Shown: piece after piece, positions 52,404 to 64,000 of the stretch
Layout: each line of letters opens with the position of its first letter
Numbering within the stretch: position 1 is the stretch's first letter
IMG/VR virus record: IMGVR_UViG_3300024268_000040
Strand: one strand, 5' to 3'
DNA: 64,000 bases
DNA from: a virus
Taxonomy: Duplodnaviria > Heunggongvirae > Uroviricota > Caudoviricetes
The notes under the pieces: model-generated
Databases searched by the model: none
What the model was told of the DNA's origin: nothing
The model's input: only the letters and a program-made list of their open reading frames with translations
Position numbers and translations under genes: made by a program

Positions 52404-52985
52404 ATGGGATGGTCTATTGTAAGCACCGAAGGTCACGGTTGTAATTTTAGTTATTGGGTTCCCGCAGCCGGTTCTACCACTCGTGGACAAATGATTGTCT
52501 ATTACAATGACACTGGCAAGCCAGTAAAAATTAATAGTTGTTTTATGTATTTTAGTACTGGTAGCGGCACATATGGAGGTATGACAGGTAATGGTAATAC
52601 ATATTATATCACAGCTTCCATTACGGATAGTACAGGTAAAACTGTTAGCTCTAGTGAAATTACAATAAATAATATTAGTTATAATTCCACTTATGACAAT
52701 ATGAAAAAATGTGAATGGACTTTTAATGATATTGTTTTAGTTAATCCAGGAGCAACTGTATATGTACAAATGACATTTAGAATACCCAATTGGAGTACTG
52801 CTGTTTTGTGCGCCGGTACTTGGGGAACTTCATATTATGGAGGATCAGTGAGCGACGCAGGAGCTGTACGTATTTGGAATGGTTCTTCTTGGGTTAGTGC
52901 AATTCCCTATATTTGGAATGGTTCATCATGGATATAGGCAATGCCCTATGTTTGGAATGGCTCATCGTGGGTGCCTTCATCATAA
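52404..52985 (+). CDS. Structural or fiber-associated protein with C-terminal WNGSSW repeats (TAG at 52935).
   Basis: SD aaggagg. IPYIWNGSSWI-Q-AMPYVWNGSSWV repeats. Confidence 0.45.
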
Positions 52986-52994
52986 AAAAAATAA

Positions 52995-53034
52995 AGGCTA
53001 GTTATGAAATTAATCATAACTAGCCTTTTTTTAT
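52995..53034. terminator. Bidirectional terminator.
   Basis: aggctagttatga / tcataactagcct hairpin plus T-run. Confidence 0.55.
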
Positions 53035-53342
53035 TTCATTTTGATTCCATTATAAATTGCATTCGTTTCTAACAATATATCCTCTCCATACTATGACATC
53101 AATTCTGCCACTAACTCTTCCTCGCTATAGGACAAGTCAATCATGTAACTATACATAAATGCGTGTACGATTTCGTGACATAAGACCTCTTTTAAAAGTT
53201 GAGGGGAAAGGGTCTTATCAACGCAAATAGTCTGAGTGACTTTATCACAGACTCCAAGAGCATGAGTTTTCCACGGAGTTAGTAACAAAGGATGTGCTGG
53301 CGAGACCAATCGGACTCGCCAGACAACTCCATTGATAATCAT
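53031..53342 (-). CDS. SprT-like zinc metallopeptidase-domain protein (HExxH); TAG at 53091.
   Basis: WRVRLVSP...LGVCD...VLCHEIVHA. Continues 19 codons past the TAG to TAA. Confidence 0.45.
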
Positions 53343-53977
53343 TTCATCTGACCGATCTTAGAAGCCAGTGCGGTAATTTTCTTCTCAAGATACTGCTTTT
53401 CTTCTGGAGAGGCATCTGCAATCATTTCAGTAATGTCTTGAGACAACTCCTGCATATACTTCTCCAATTCACGTAATTGAGAAGCTTTATCTCGTTTCAT
53501 TTCCTTGGCTTCCATATACATTCTGCGACTATTGTAACTGCGGCCTTCGCGCTCGTCGCGCCACATAGGCCCGTCATAGTAGTTACGACCATTGGAACTA
53601 TTAGTACCACTCATGTCGCCAGAATCAGCGTAATTCTGGGTACCACCCATATGATTCTGACCACCATCGGCATAGAAAGTGCCATCTGCGCGACGATTAC
53701 GACCGCCATCCGCATACATTGCAGGATAGCCACCACTATAATACATGCGATCATCCTCAGGCTTCTGATGATGGTCGCCATTTTTCATTTTCATTTCTTT
53801 GCCTTGATGATTCATCGCTTCAGTAACAGTGCAATAGTAGATAGCTTCTTCCAAATCCTTAATCATATCAATAGCTTCTCCAAGCTCTTCGGTATCTACT
53901 TCGCTAAGGTTACATAATTGATTTTCAACTACACAAATTAATGAATCTTTCATCCATTTTAATTTTTCATGGCTCAT
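53339..53977 (-). CDS. Hypothetical protein with an acidic coiled coil and a Gly/Tyr/Asp/Arg low-complexity core.
   Basis: 212 aa. SD aaggagg upstream on the minus strand. Confidence 0.4.
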   Translation of the reverse strand: MSHEKLKWMKDSLICVVENQLCNLSEVDTEELGEAIDMIKDLEEAIYYCTVTEAMNHQGKEMKMKNGDHHQKPEDDRMYYSGGYPAMYADGGRNRRADGTFYADGGQNHMGGTQNYADSGDMSGTNSSNGRNYYDGPMWRDEREGRSYNSRRMYMEAKEMKRDKASQLRELEKYMQELSQDITEMIADASPEEKQYLEKKITALASKIGQMK

Positions 53978-53991
53978 ACAGTCACCCCTCC

Positions 53992-54414
53992 TTATGCTTC
54001 ACGAGTAACAATTAAGTTCGCATTTTGAACAACTACTGCGTCAGTAGATGTATTCTTCACGCTAACACTAACGCAACATCCGCGAGGAACGTCAATAAAT
54101 ACACTTGACTTCACATTGAAGAACTGTTCAACTGCGGCGGGGGTAATAATCATAGTAGTAGCAGGAACGGGCTCACCATCAATAGCAATAGCCAAAGAGA
54201 TTGGGCCGACAGTTCCATCTGTGGGAACAGCAATATTGCCGCCAAAAGTCACCATAAAACGAGCGCGGCACTGGGAGTTGGTGACTCCGCGAAGAGTCAC
54301 CAAACCAGAATCGTCTCTATGACCTATGGACATATTGCCACAAATAACGGTGTCTGTGAAATAAACATTTTGATTTGCTGGGACAGTCTATACAGCATTA
54401 GCAATAATTTCCAT
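53992..54414 (-). CDS. Beta-rich hypothetical protein (TAG at codon 9).
   Basis: Extends listed ORF 53992..54333 upstream to the ATG at c(54412..54414), which has SD aaggagg. Confidence 0.4.
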
Positions 54415-54430
54415 AAATCAGACCTCCTTA

Positions 54431-55138
54431 TCAGAATGCGCCGCAGCCACCATAATAGGTATTGCAGCAGTAGGGATTAGGTACAGTATAGGCGGGAACG
54501 GGGCATGGACGCAATTCGTTTACTAAGTAAGCGTTCTGTGCGGCCTGAGATGCGGCAAAGCGCAAGCCCTGATTCTCTGCCTGCAAGGTAGCGATCTTAT
54601 CATTAGTCAAGAAGTCTAAGATAGAGCGTACGCCTGCATTGTTGGCATCAATAATATCACGAGTGCTATCAGCAATAGCGCGACGAGTGTCGCAAGCTTG
54701 AGTTGCTAAATTGTAATTGGTGTCTGCGAAGCCACGCTCAATTGCGCGACCGGTCTCGCAGCAACAATCACTAATCTGATGAGCAATAGTATTGAAACCA
54801 TTCTGCATATTATAGCCAAGAGTGCAAACAGCAGTATCTACGCCATGGAAGCCACTCATAATAGAGTTATTCAAAGCGTAAGTGCTATCTGCCAAGCCAT
54901 AAGTCTGATTATCCAATTTGGAAATCAAAGTCTGCTGATCGACAGCTGCTCTTACATCAGCCTGGGTTGCGGGAACGCCTTCTACGCCTCCGCCAAAGCC
55001 GCCGAATCCACCGCGGCCCCAACCAGCAAATAAGAACAATAAAATGATCCACCAGCCATTATCACCGAACATACCGTCACCATTGCGGCCAGTTACAGCG
55101 GCGATGTCAGATAAATTGTAACCTTTTCCATTAAACAT
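54431..55138 (-). CDS. Gly-rich membrane protein with Cys clusters; GC ~50%.
   Basis: TM WWIILLFLFAGW. GGFGGFGGG. Motifs CCCETG and CPVPAY...YCCNTYYGGCGAF. SD aaggagg. Confidence 0.45.
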   Translation of the reverse strand: MFNGKGYNLSDIAAVTGRNGDGMFGDNGWWIILLFLFAGWGRGGFGGFGGGVEGVPATQADVRAAVDQQTLISKLDNQTYGLADSTYALNNSIMSGFHGVDTAVCTLGYNMQNGFNTIAHQISDCCCETGRAIERGFADTNYNLATQACDTRRAIADSTRDIIDANNAGVRSILDFLTNDKIATLQAENQGLRFAASQAAQNAYLVNELRPCPVPAYTVPNPYCCNTYYGGCGAF

Positions 55139-55158
55139 AATTTTTTCCTCCTTAAATT

Positions 55159-55413
55159 TTAGTTGTTGTAGCCTAATGCACGTTTGAAGGCTTCAAATTC
55201 AGAGTCGAAATCCTAACCGCCCTATTGAGCGTAAATATTGCGAACTACTTTCTCTAGTTCCGCAGTGCGACCCTGTTGAGCTAAACTCAGGAGATTTCTT
55301 CCGAGGGGATTATTGTAGGCCTGACCCTAAAGCACGGATAACATTAACTATTGAGGGTTTTTACCAGACCTAATCATTGAAATTAAAACATTGGGATCTA
55401 CTGGATACATCAT
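55159..55413 (-). CDS. Small protein with 4 in-frame TAGs in 84 codons.
   Basis: SD ctaaggaggtatga-ATG on the minus strand. Read to TAA. Confidence 0.35.
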
Positions 55414-55423
55414 TCATACCTCC

Positions 55424-55867
55424 TTAGAATGATAAAAGTTCTACTTTCTCTTTTTGCGGGGCGGGTGCGGCCGGCTCGGTTGGCTTCTGGGGCAATAATT
55501 GCGCCAGGACCCGCTCAAACTCTTCTCGCGTAACAAATTTCTCAACGGATGGAACTAAGCTGCTTTTTTCTTCTTCAACGGGCATTTCCCTTAATTCATA
55601 TACATATAGTGAAGCAGTGCCATCCATATTTATTTGTTTTGTGTAGATTCGTTTGTTCGCCAAATCTGGGAAGTAGAATACAGAACCATCGAAATCAATA
55701 GAGGTTGCACGGGCCTCTTCCAATGAGCTAACTAATCTACCTTTTAAATTTACTTGCGGCGGCGCCTGCCGTAAGTAATTCGGTACTTGGTACATTGGTT
55801 GCTATTGGGTGATTTGCTGGGTCTGTTGCACGGGTTGCTGTGGATAATAATTATAGTTTGAATACAT
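55424..55867 (-). CDS. Hypothetical protein with a Gln/Tyr-rich N-terminus (one TAG).
   Basis: Listed ORF 55424..55795 extends upstream through TAG 55802 to an ATG with SD ggagaggag. Confidence 0.4.
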
Positions 55868-56032
55868 ATGTAAGGTCTCCTCTCCATACAAAAAATTTTC
55901 TTATCCATCCCCTCATAGTATTATGAAAATTAGGATGGGAAAATTACCCTCTTTTGTCCAAACGTCCACCACTTCGGGACCTTAAGAGGTTTTTTAGGAA
56001 ACCTAAAAAATATGTTTTTAGGTATTTTTAAT

Positions 56033-56073
56033 TAAAACAAAAAAAGCGAGATAGATAAAATATCTATCTCGCT
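56033..56073 (-). terminator. Terminator for the minus-strand fiber gene.
   Basis: agcgagatagata / tatctatctcgct hairpin, with a T-run on the minus strand. Confidence 0.5.
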
Positions 56074-58287
56074 TTAAAAATTATATTAAGGGAAACTAAT
56101 AGTTAAAGTATCTGTACTTGCATCATAAGTAAATGTCGCACAGTCAGTAGTAGAACCAGCAGCAGAAACTTTCATACCATCACCAAAAGTTTTTACACCT
56201 TTAAATGTCTATGTACTTGTAGTTACTGCACCGGAATAACTATAAGAAGCATTTGGAATCTACGCTGCAGTACCAGTAATACCATTAACGGTAGTGCTTA
56301 AAGTGGGACCATTTGTAGTGCCATTTGTCCAAGTATTAGACACTCCGCCAATGATAGTGGCCGTATCTGTGGTACCACCCACAGTAATAGACATTGTATT
56401 ATCACTTGCACTATCAGCACCACTGAATGCGGTCAATAGAGACGAGTAAGCGCCAGCCGCAGTTACCACACCATCAAGTAAATAAACAGGTTGTGTTGCG
56501 CTACCGACATTAGCAGTAGATGGAGTAAGAGTACCATTACTCATATACATTAATTGAGTACTGGTGGCAACACTACTAGTAGAAGCAGTAATAACACCAT
56601 CTAATAAATAAACAGGTCTTGTTCCATTACCCTCATTTGCATCAGAAGCAGTTAATTTACCACTAGCTAAATACATTAGTTGCTTTGAACCAGCAACTCC
56701 TGAAGTAGATTTGGTTAATGTACCACTAGCTAAATATATCAGTTCAGTGCCTGAGGCGACATCAGAAGTTGATTCAGTAATCGCACCGCTAGACAAATGT
56801 ATTAATTTAACGCCAGAACCTTTGGTTGCGGCAGAGGCAGTTAATAAACCATCTTTCAAATACATTAACTTAATATCGCTAGCGATATCAGTTGTAGTAT
56901 CTGCAACAACTTGACCAGCCGCAGATACAGAAATTAGTCGACCAGAACCACCTTGTGCGGAATTTTCAGTATGATAAACTAATTCACCAGAAGCTGCTGG
57001 TAAAGATACGGTGTATGTTGAAGTGCTATTGGACTAATTTGGACGAATAGTAGTTGATCCAGTATTATCTCCGTATAATAAAATACGACCTTCCTTATTC
57101 CCTGCAAGACCGACTTTAGTGCTATTACCTAAATATAAATAAGATTTTCCCGCAGTCGTCGAGGTAGTACCATTCTAATGATATAATCTAAATCCATCAT
57201 TGTAGCCATAAGCCGCGTCAAATACCGACATAGAGGTCTAAAATGGAATATACCAAGTTTGAGCAGTTGTATTATTGACTTCACCGGTTCGTACCATAAT
57301 CATACCACCGCTACTTGGCAATGTATACGTACCAGTGCCAACAGCAGATAATGAAGCATAGCCTGTTCCATATGCTAATCTTAGCATACCATCCTTATCA
57401 CCTAGAGAAGTTCCATCTCCAGTATTACCAATAGTTAGAATAGCGTTTCCTTTATCTTCATAGCTGATATTTGTTTCAGTTTCACTAGACTATATAATTA
57501 ATTTATTTTCTGCCCCATAGACATTTAAATGCTAAACATGAATCTAATTCCAAAGCTTATAATCACTAGAGCTAGTATAATAACCTAAGCTATAACTACC
57601 GCTTGTTCTAGGATAAATGCTAGAAGCATATGTTGTGCTCATAAATGTTTTTTCGCCGGTAAATGTTTGTCCATCAGTAGTAACAATACCAGAAATAGAA
57701 TCACTAGCTTTTGGAATTGCAACGCCAGCAAATTTTACTTCAGCACCTTCTTTAGTATTAAATGTAAAATTAAAAATAGGTCCTGCAGTAGAACCATTAG
57801 TCCAACTCATTGTTGGTTTTACATAAGCTGGAGCTTTATTTGCGCCAGTAGATACAAGAATATAACCATTGGTAGTCGGAGATAATGTAGAAATTGCTCC
57901 TGTCGTACTAGAAACATTACCATATAGAATTGCACCTTTAGGAATAGATGTTACGCCACTACCACCCTAAGCGACGGGTAATATACCAAATTTTGGCTTA
58001 TTGCTTGTAGAATCAGTATAAAATGCACCAGAAGTGGGAGCTGCATAAGTAGTATCGTAACTACCATTACCGCGCAGAAGAACTGAATAAGCCGCGGCAT
58101 TTGTTAAATCAACACCCAATCCACCATTGCGAAGATCAGCTAACTTTGGCACAATATTATTTCCATTTAAATATATATAAGCACGACCATCAGTGTCAGT
58201 CGCAAAATAAATGGTACCATCTTCTTTTGTAGTAATATTATTATAATTACTAATGGTACCAGTTTTTAATTTTAAATCTGTAGCCAT
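56074..58287 (-). CDS. Tail fiber paralog 5 (~737 codons, TAG-rich). The N-terminus MATDLKLKTG differs from paralogs 1-4.
   Basis: Listed ORFs 57967..58287, 57544..57810 and 56260..56865 share a frame. The 679-nt gap 56866-57543 was translated and contains only TAG. Traced to TAA at 56074. Repeated YL(A/L)SG.LT.S units. Confidence 0.6.
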
Positions 58288-58372
58288 TTAAAAATGTTCT
58301 CCTTTCCTCATATATTTTTTTCATCTATACATTATGAAAAACTTCATAGAACATTTATATTATTTTGGCCTC

Positions 58373-58417
58373 AATAAAAAAAATGGAGGATATAATTTTT
58401 ACAATTACATCCTCCAT
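58373..58417 (-). terminator. Terminator (minus strand).
   Basis: atggaggat ... atcctccat stem, with a T8 run on the minus strand. Confidence 0.45.
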
Positions 58418-58422
58418 GTAAA

Positions 58423-59040
58423 TTAATCAAGAATAGTCCAATAGACAGCCTTAACAGGATCTTCTAATCTTTTTAAACGATCATCTAAATCTTGATATTG
58501 ACTAGCATTTAATAAATAGCTACTATCCATTTTTTTAACTTCCATACCTGCTAATATTTCACTACGTGCGGGAATGGTATTTAAACTATAAGTTAAAACT
58601 TTTTTAGTTCCACCATTTTCTTCATCAGGAACTTCTCCAACTTTATAAAATTGAATTGCAAATTCAACTTTACCTTTTTTTACTGCTACATTAGCATCTA
58701 AACACCAAGGAAGTAACATTTTTTGTTCATTGGCATATGTATAGATATCATAAAAAGGTACATGATAAATACGAGAAATCCCTGCTGTAAGATTAGTATA
58801 TGTTACTACACAGCATGTAGTAGCTAAGTCCATATAATCAACAAATCTATCAACAATAAAATATATAGTTTCAGATTTATGGTCTTTTTCTACAGATAAG
58901 AATTTTGGTGCGTCCACCTCACGAGTGGACGCATCAATATTATAAATATTTTCTGCAGAGGGTAGCATGGCATAGATTGGAGGATTAGCATTATTTACTA
59001 AATGAAGATTGCTATTGTACTCTTCATAGGTAGTAATCAT
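58423..59040 (-). CDS. Baseplate/tail structural protein, paralogous to the N-terminal domain of the 59062..60972 gene.
   Basis: Shared blocks PIYAMLP, IYFIVDRFVDYMDLA and VEFAIQFYKVGE, matching PMYMLLP, TFVIDRYFDYKDLA and IKFAIRFFVPSE. TAG-free. SD aggggg. Confidence 0.5.
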   Translation of the reverse strand: MITTYEEYNSNLHLVNNANPPIYAMLPSAENIYNIDASTREVDAPKFLSVEKDHKSETIYFIVDRFVDYMDLATTCCVVTYTNLTAGISRIYHVPFYDIYTYANEQKMLLPWCLDANVAVKKGKVEFAIQFYKVGEVPDEENGGTKKVLTYSLNTIPARSEILAGMEVKKMDSSYLLNASQYQDLDDRLKRLEDPVKAVYWTILD

Positions 59041-59061
59041 ATGATATTACCCCCTATCTTA

Positions 59062-60972
59062 TTAAGCAATAGTAAATGTATTATAAGAAGAACTCTTTAC
59101 TTTGGCAGTTGCTCCCTGAATAGTATTAATAATATCGCAAAAATAAGTATATTTAGCACCATCAGCAACGCATCGAACTTTAATTTCGCCACTATTTAAA
59201 TTAGTTCCAACTTCTAATAAAGTATTAGAGCCAATATCTTTGGCAGTTAATTGACGAGGGTTGGTATCAGGTTCTTGAACATACCAAACATAAGTTAAAC
59301 CTTCAGATAAAAGTCCTAATTCAGCAGCGTTATCTAAATCAGTTTCAACTTTTAAATTAATAATGTTACCGAACTTATATACATCAAACATAGTACCGCC
59401 ATCCGCCAATGATGGTAATTCTGTATAATCAGTTGCAGTTTCTAATTTATAAGACATTTTCTGAATAACGGGTTCAGCAGGCAGCATAGTAACTTTACAA
59501 ATATTACTTTCTTCACTTTCAATCTTACGATTTAAACGAGCAACGGGAACAACTTTATACCAGCCTGCCTCAGCAGCACTATAAGTGGCGCTTTCTGCTC
59601 CAGGGATAGCTTCACCGAAATCGCCATCTGCACCAGCAGTGCTCTTATACCAGGCGTAGGTGATAGTAGGATTATTACCATCTGCTTTTAATTCAATTGC
59701 TAAATCTGCCTTAGGAGCTTGGCCTGCGGCAGGGGCTACTGCGAACTCATGAGCTTTTAAATCTTTTGTATAAACCATAGCATTTGGAGCAGGAACGATA
59801 CAATGAGTGCTGGGAACAGGATTTACAGAGTTAGTACCAATGGTATTTACCGCTTCAACCCAATACTCACCAACTACATCAACTTCGCTATCTTCAAAAG
59901 ATAAAGACGTGACAATTTCATATAGTTCTGCATCTGCGGCAGGTGGCCAATCACCAGTATATAGAGTATAACTTGCAGCTTCATCACTACCAGTTTTTAC
60001 CCAATACTTATCTAAACCTTTTTTGTTAGTAACTACACCGTTTTCATCGGTGATTAAATCAACTTTAACATAGTCAGTTAATTTCACTTCATAAACTCCG
60101 TCTCCACCAACAACCTCTCGCTTTTCAGTAGAGCCAGAAGGAATGTAGAACCACTTATAAGTAATATCGCCTAAATCAGAAGTTACGGCCTAAGCTTCAA
60201 ATTTAAGTTCATTTGTGTCAAGATCAATAGCAGCATATTTATCCAAATCAATGCCACCATTTACTTCTGTAAAAAATGGGGATACAGGAGTAATATAAGC
60301 AGGATTTTGACTGTTTTTAACAAAAGACTTAAATTCATTATAATCATTCTCATGAATATGCTTAGGATTAATAACATTTAAGCCATCCTTAACTGTTAAA
60401 GTAGCTGGTAAAGTGTTTAACAAATAATCAAATTTATTAGCTTCCGTTTCACTTGGAACAAAGAAACGAATAGCGAATTTAATTGGGCCAGGATATTTAG
60501 TAATATTCTCAACTAAAGGCCAACCGAAACGGATTTTACCTTCTTCACTTTCTAAATCAATTAATTGGATATGAGAAATACCTTCTTCATTGTTGGCATT
60601 CACCCATTGAATAGCAATATTAGCTTCTGCCAAATCCTTATAATCAAAATATCTGTCAATTACAAAAGTAGCAATCTCGCAATAATTATCTCCTTTAACG
60701 GCGCCACATTTAGCGAACTCAGCAGGAATAGTAACAGATCTTGCATTTGCATTAACAGCGAAAGGTGCTTCATCCAAAGGTAACAACATATACATTGGCT
60801 TATTAGTTTCTAATAAATCACCCATATGGGCAAAATATTGATCCAAACTGGTAAAACGACCGCCCGCCTCGACCTTGCCTAATTTTACTAAATCATCATA
60901 AGCCTTAGAAAATAACTTGGCATATTTTTCCCATAGTTCAACGGATGAATTTTTATTCAAAATAGTAACCAC
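59062..60972 (-). CDS. Structural protein: the same baseplate-like N-domain fused to C-terminal Ig-like beta domains (one TAG at 60190).
   Basis: Listed ORFs 60190..60972 and 59062..60087 share one frame. The 100-nt gap 60088-60189 was translated with no TAA/TGA. Confidence 0.55.
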
Positions 60973-61000
60973 GTTATATACCTTCCTTTCTATAAATGAA

Positions 61001-61045
61001 ATCCAAGAGGAAGTTTCCTTCCTCTTGGATTATAAAAAATTTTCA
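61001..61045 (-). terminator. Possible terminator hairpin.
   Basis: atccaagaggaag-tttc-cttcctcttggat. The flanking T-run is weak. Confidence 0.3.
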
Positions 61046-61052
61046 AATAAGA

Positions 61053-61265
61053 TTAGTCAACAATACCCCGAACTTCTTCGGTCCAATTATCGACTTCATC
61101 GGCAGGAACAACAATGGAAGACACTTTACGCTCTCCATCTGTTAAATATTTATCGCCATCAGCTCGAAGCTCAATTAATTCCAAATGATCAATTCCAGGC
61201 AATAAGACTGGTGAAGTAATAGTTCCATTATAGCCGATATATTTATATAATTTCTATTTTGTCAT
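61053..61265 (-). CDS. Small protein (TAG at codon 4).
   Basis: SD ggaggtataatct-ATG. Read MTK-Q-KLYKYIGYNGTITSPV...VRGIVD to TAA. Confidence 0.35.
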
Positions 61266-61268
61266 AGA

Positions 61269-64000
61269 TTATACCTCCCCAGTATAATTATACTCAATAT
61301 TAGCCAATCCAAGAGCAGAGGGGCCGTTAATTGCAACATCTGTCCATCCAGTAGGAGCTTCTGCAAATGAAGTATAGGCAGTTATATTAGATCCATAAGA
61401 CATAAAAGCATTTGCTTCAATGGATGTAACAGTATCCCAAATAAAGATACTCTTAATAGAAGAATGAGCACCAGTTAAACCCGCATTAGCGAAAGCATAA
61501 GTACCAATATAACTTAATCCAGAAGAGGATCCAATTTCATTAGCTTGCTTACCAAAATTCGTAATTTGAATATTAGGACATTGCATGAATGCTGCCATTT
61601 CTATTTTTGTAATATTATCTGGTAAGGCAGATAATGTTACATTCTTTCCTGCTCCATAGAAGCTACTATCTTTTACAATAGTCAATTTAGAAGGTAAATT
61701 GGCAACATATAGAGCCTTAGTGTTATAGAAAGCACGCGTTCCAATATACACAAGATTATCACTCAAATGTCCTACGATACCATCTTTCGCATATTGCTCA
61801 CTTACATGTTCCAATCCTTGAACACCATTAAAAGCACTGTCTCTAATATACATAACTGACTCTGGTAAATATACACCTTTTAATTTAATATCAGCGCTAT
61901 GCATATCAGTTTTAAATGCCTCAGTACCAACTTCATAGAAGAAAATGTTATCCATAAAGAAAATACCAGTAGCTCTTAAAGCGCTAGTAAAATATCCCAT
62001 AGAAACAATAGGTAAGCCATTATGGGTTGCAGGAATAGTAATTTTACCCTTTAAATCATAGGCACTACTTGTTCTAATCTAATAACCTTCTACGTTATTT
62101 ACAGTAACAGGTCCAATAAATTCAAAATATTTTTCATCAGTTGCTTTACTATAAACATTCTCTTGAACAAAGACAGCATAGAAGTTTCTATTTTCAATGG
62201 CTTTTACTGCCGTTACATCAATTACCAACTTGGCGGCCGCCTCCTCAGAAGGCGCCACAGGGTTAGTTTGATATTTATCAGACCAGCCATAGAATGCCAA
62301 ACGCTCTGTTAATGGCAATGATTCTTCATCCGCCTCTCTACTTGGTACTTCAGCAGGCTCATAGAAATATTGACCATAAATGACTGTTGGCTTTTCTCCC
62401 AATTCAACATCACCATTATAGAATGTTGCAGTGTAGCTATCCCAATCAAATACTGCATATAAAATATGAGTCATTTTAGAGGTGCTAAATGTTAAAGCTT
62501 CAATTTCTTCATTACTTAAAACTTCTCCATCTTCAGTTAGGCTCCAACCCTTAAAGTAGTGATGTAGTCTAGACGGATTTGCTTTAATATCTGTCACTTT
62601 AATAGGAGTAGTTGAACTCTTATCATACTTTACAGATTGCAATTCAATAGTTTGTTTTGTACCTGCCTCTGCATCAGTAACAATTTCAACCATTTTTAGA
62701 GTATATGCAGGATCAACATTCGCAACAAAAATATTTAAATCGGGATAATAAGTATCCATAATCTATTTAATTTCAAATTCAGAAATTTTTGAAGTACTTG
62801 GGTTATTAATAAAAATATCACCAGATAAATATGGATAAGTTGGACGGTCATCACCATATTCAGTAATATCTCTAAAATAGTTAGTATCACGATTTGCCAA
62901 ATTCTCTTCGCCAATAAATAAGTTAATTAAACTTAAATCAGTTAAGCAATCTTGATCATTTAAAGCATCAGGCAATACTTCATATACCAAAGCATTTAAT
63001 GTATTTTGATCCCAATCAGCATCTGTGGGAGTATAAGGAACAAATGTAGAATTCTCAGTTTTTAAAACATAAGATTTCTCATTATTTTTAGCTACTCCAG
63101 ATTCAACTAATTTATAAGGAGACCATAAAACTTTTTCTAATGCTATAGAAATATTCTTTTGAGCATTGGTAAATTCAGCAGAGGTCTGCATAGTTTTCTT
63201 AATATCAACTAAATTTTTCATTAATTGATAAGAACTATATCCCATATTGCCGCCAACAACTTGCAATTTTTCAATACCAGTAGAAGCATTTAAATTACCT
63301 GTGGAAGTGATACCAGGAATATAAAGACCAGGTACAAAATTACCCTTAGCATCTTTCCAATCGCTCTCACCTTGAATTAAACCTTTTAATTTAATTGGCT
63401 CAATAAATGTCAAGTGTGCGATTGTATTAGGCAAGTGTACAATCTCCATTTGACCACCGTCCGCAAATGATACACCAGTAATAGTTGTTCCAAGAGCACG
63501 GAACTCTTTTAATTTTTCTGCACCAGTAACATCAATAGCGCCAGTTAAAGATTGAACATTGGTTAAAATTACTTGCTCAAGTAGAGCTTTTGTATTCTCG
63601 TTAGGAGTACCATCTGGATTTAAAGCACTAGCACCTAAAGTAAAGACTTTTAAAATACCATTATAAAAACCAGGAGTATCATTACCCACGCGTACGTCTC
63701 TTAAGCGCTTTAAAGCAGTTAAATACAATTCATCAGGATACTTTAAACTCAAATCTCCAAGAGAAGAAATGTATTCGCCACCGCCAATATAGAATAACTG
63801 TTGAGTTAAACCTTTATAAGTTTCAACAGCAGTTTGTTTTTCCGCAGTTAGTTGTAATTTATTTGGATTTTTTCCATCCCACTTCTGTGGGAATGTCATC
63901 ATAGTTTTATCAAACCATAAAGAATTGTACTATTGTAAATATGGAGTAACTTCAAAAGTTAAATCCGCATCAAGTGGATGTGGATAAGTATATTGTTCAA
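61269..64000 (-). CDS. Very large structural protein, partial (5' end beyond the window), with a C-terminal BspA-type leucine-rich-repeat domain.
   Basis: Listed ORFs 62763..63902, 62079..62759 and 61269..62000 share one frame. They are separated only by TAG at 62763 and 62079. The frame stays open to position 64000. The LRR block (IGTRAFYNTKALYV..LPSKLTIVKDSSF...ITKIEMAAF) lies at the C-terminus. Confidence 0.55.

Overview
This window is a 64-kb, AT-rich (~35-40% GC) segment of a large virulent tailed phage that uses TAG as a sense codon. No rRNA, tRNA or CRISPR array was found. In-frame TAG codons run through many genes, and three alignments place them at conserved Gln positions: ThyA ELLWFL-Q-G, GIY-YIG YVG-Q-A, and RWK-Q-H. 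TAA and TGA are the real stops, so this is a code-15-like genome (TAG read as Gln). Once TAG is read through, the many short ORFs in the six-frame track merge into long genes. The left ~50 kb (+ strand) is a DNA metabolism and replication module. It holds a FloT-like flotillin, PIN-PhoH, a giant multidomain lysin plus a holin, type IIA topoisomerase B and A subunits, RNase H, NAD ligase, ThyA, DHFR and a Sak4-like ATPase. It also holds an intron-split DnaB-like helicase, primase, RecJ-like and RecD-like proteins, Pol III alpha, guanylate kinase, NrdD/NrdG, dUTPase and a RuvC-like resolvase. Three GIY-YIG nuclease genes are present; one sits inside a group I intron in the helicase gene. Five paralogous tail-fiber genes and a ~10-kb minus-strand structural block, which runs off the right edge, are written heavily in the recoded alphabet. 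Four of the fibers share a ~95-nt upstream leader. Strong Shine-Dalgarno sites, TTGACA-17-TGnTATAAT promoters and Gram-positive wall-binding domains (SH3b, Amidase02_C-like) point to a low-GC Firmicutes host.
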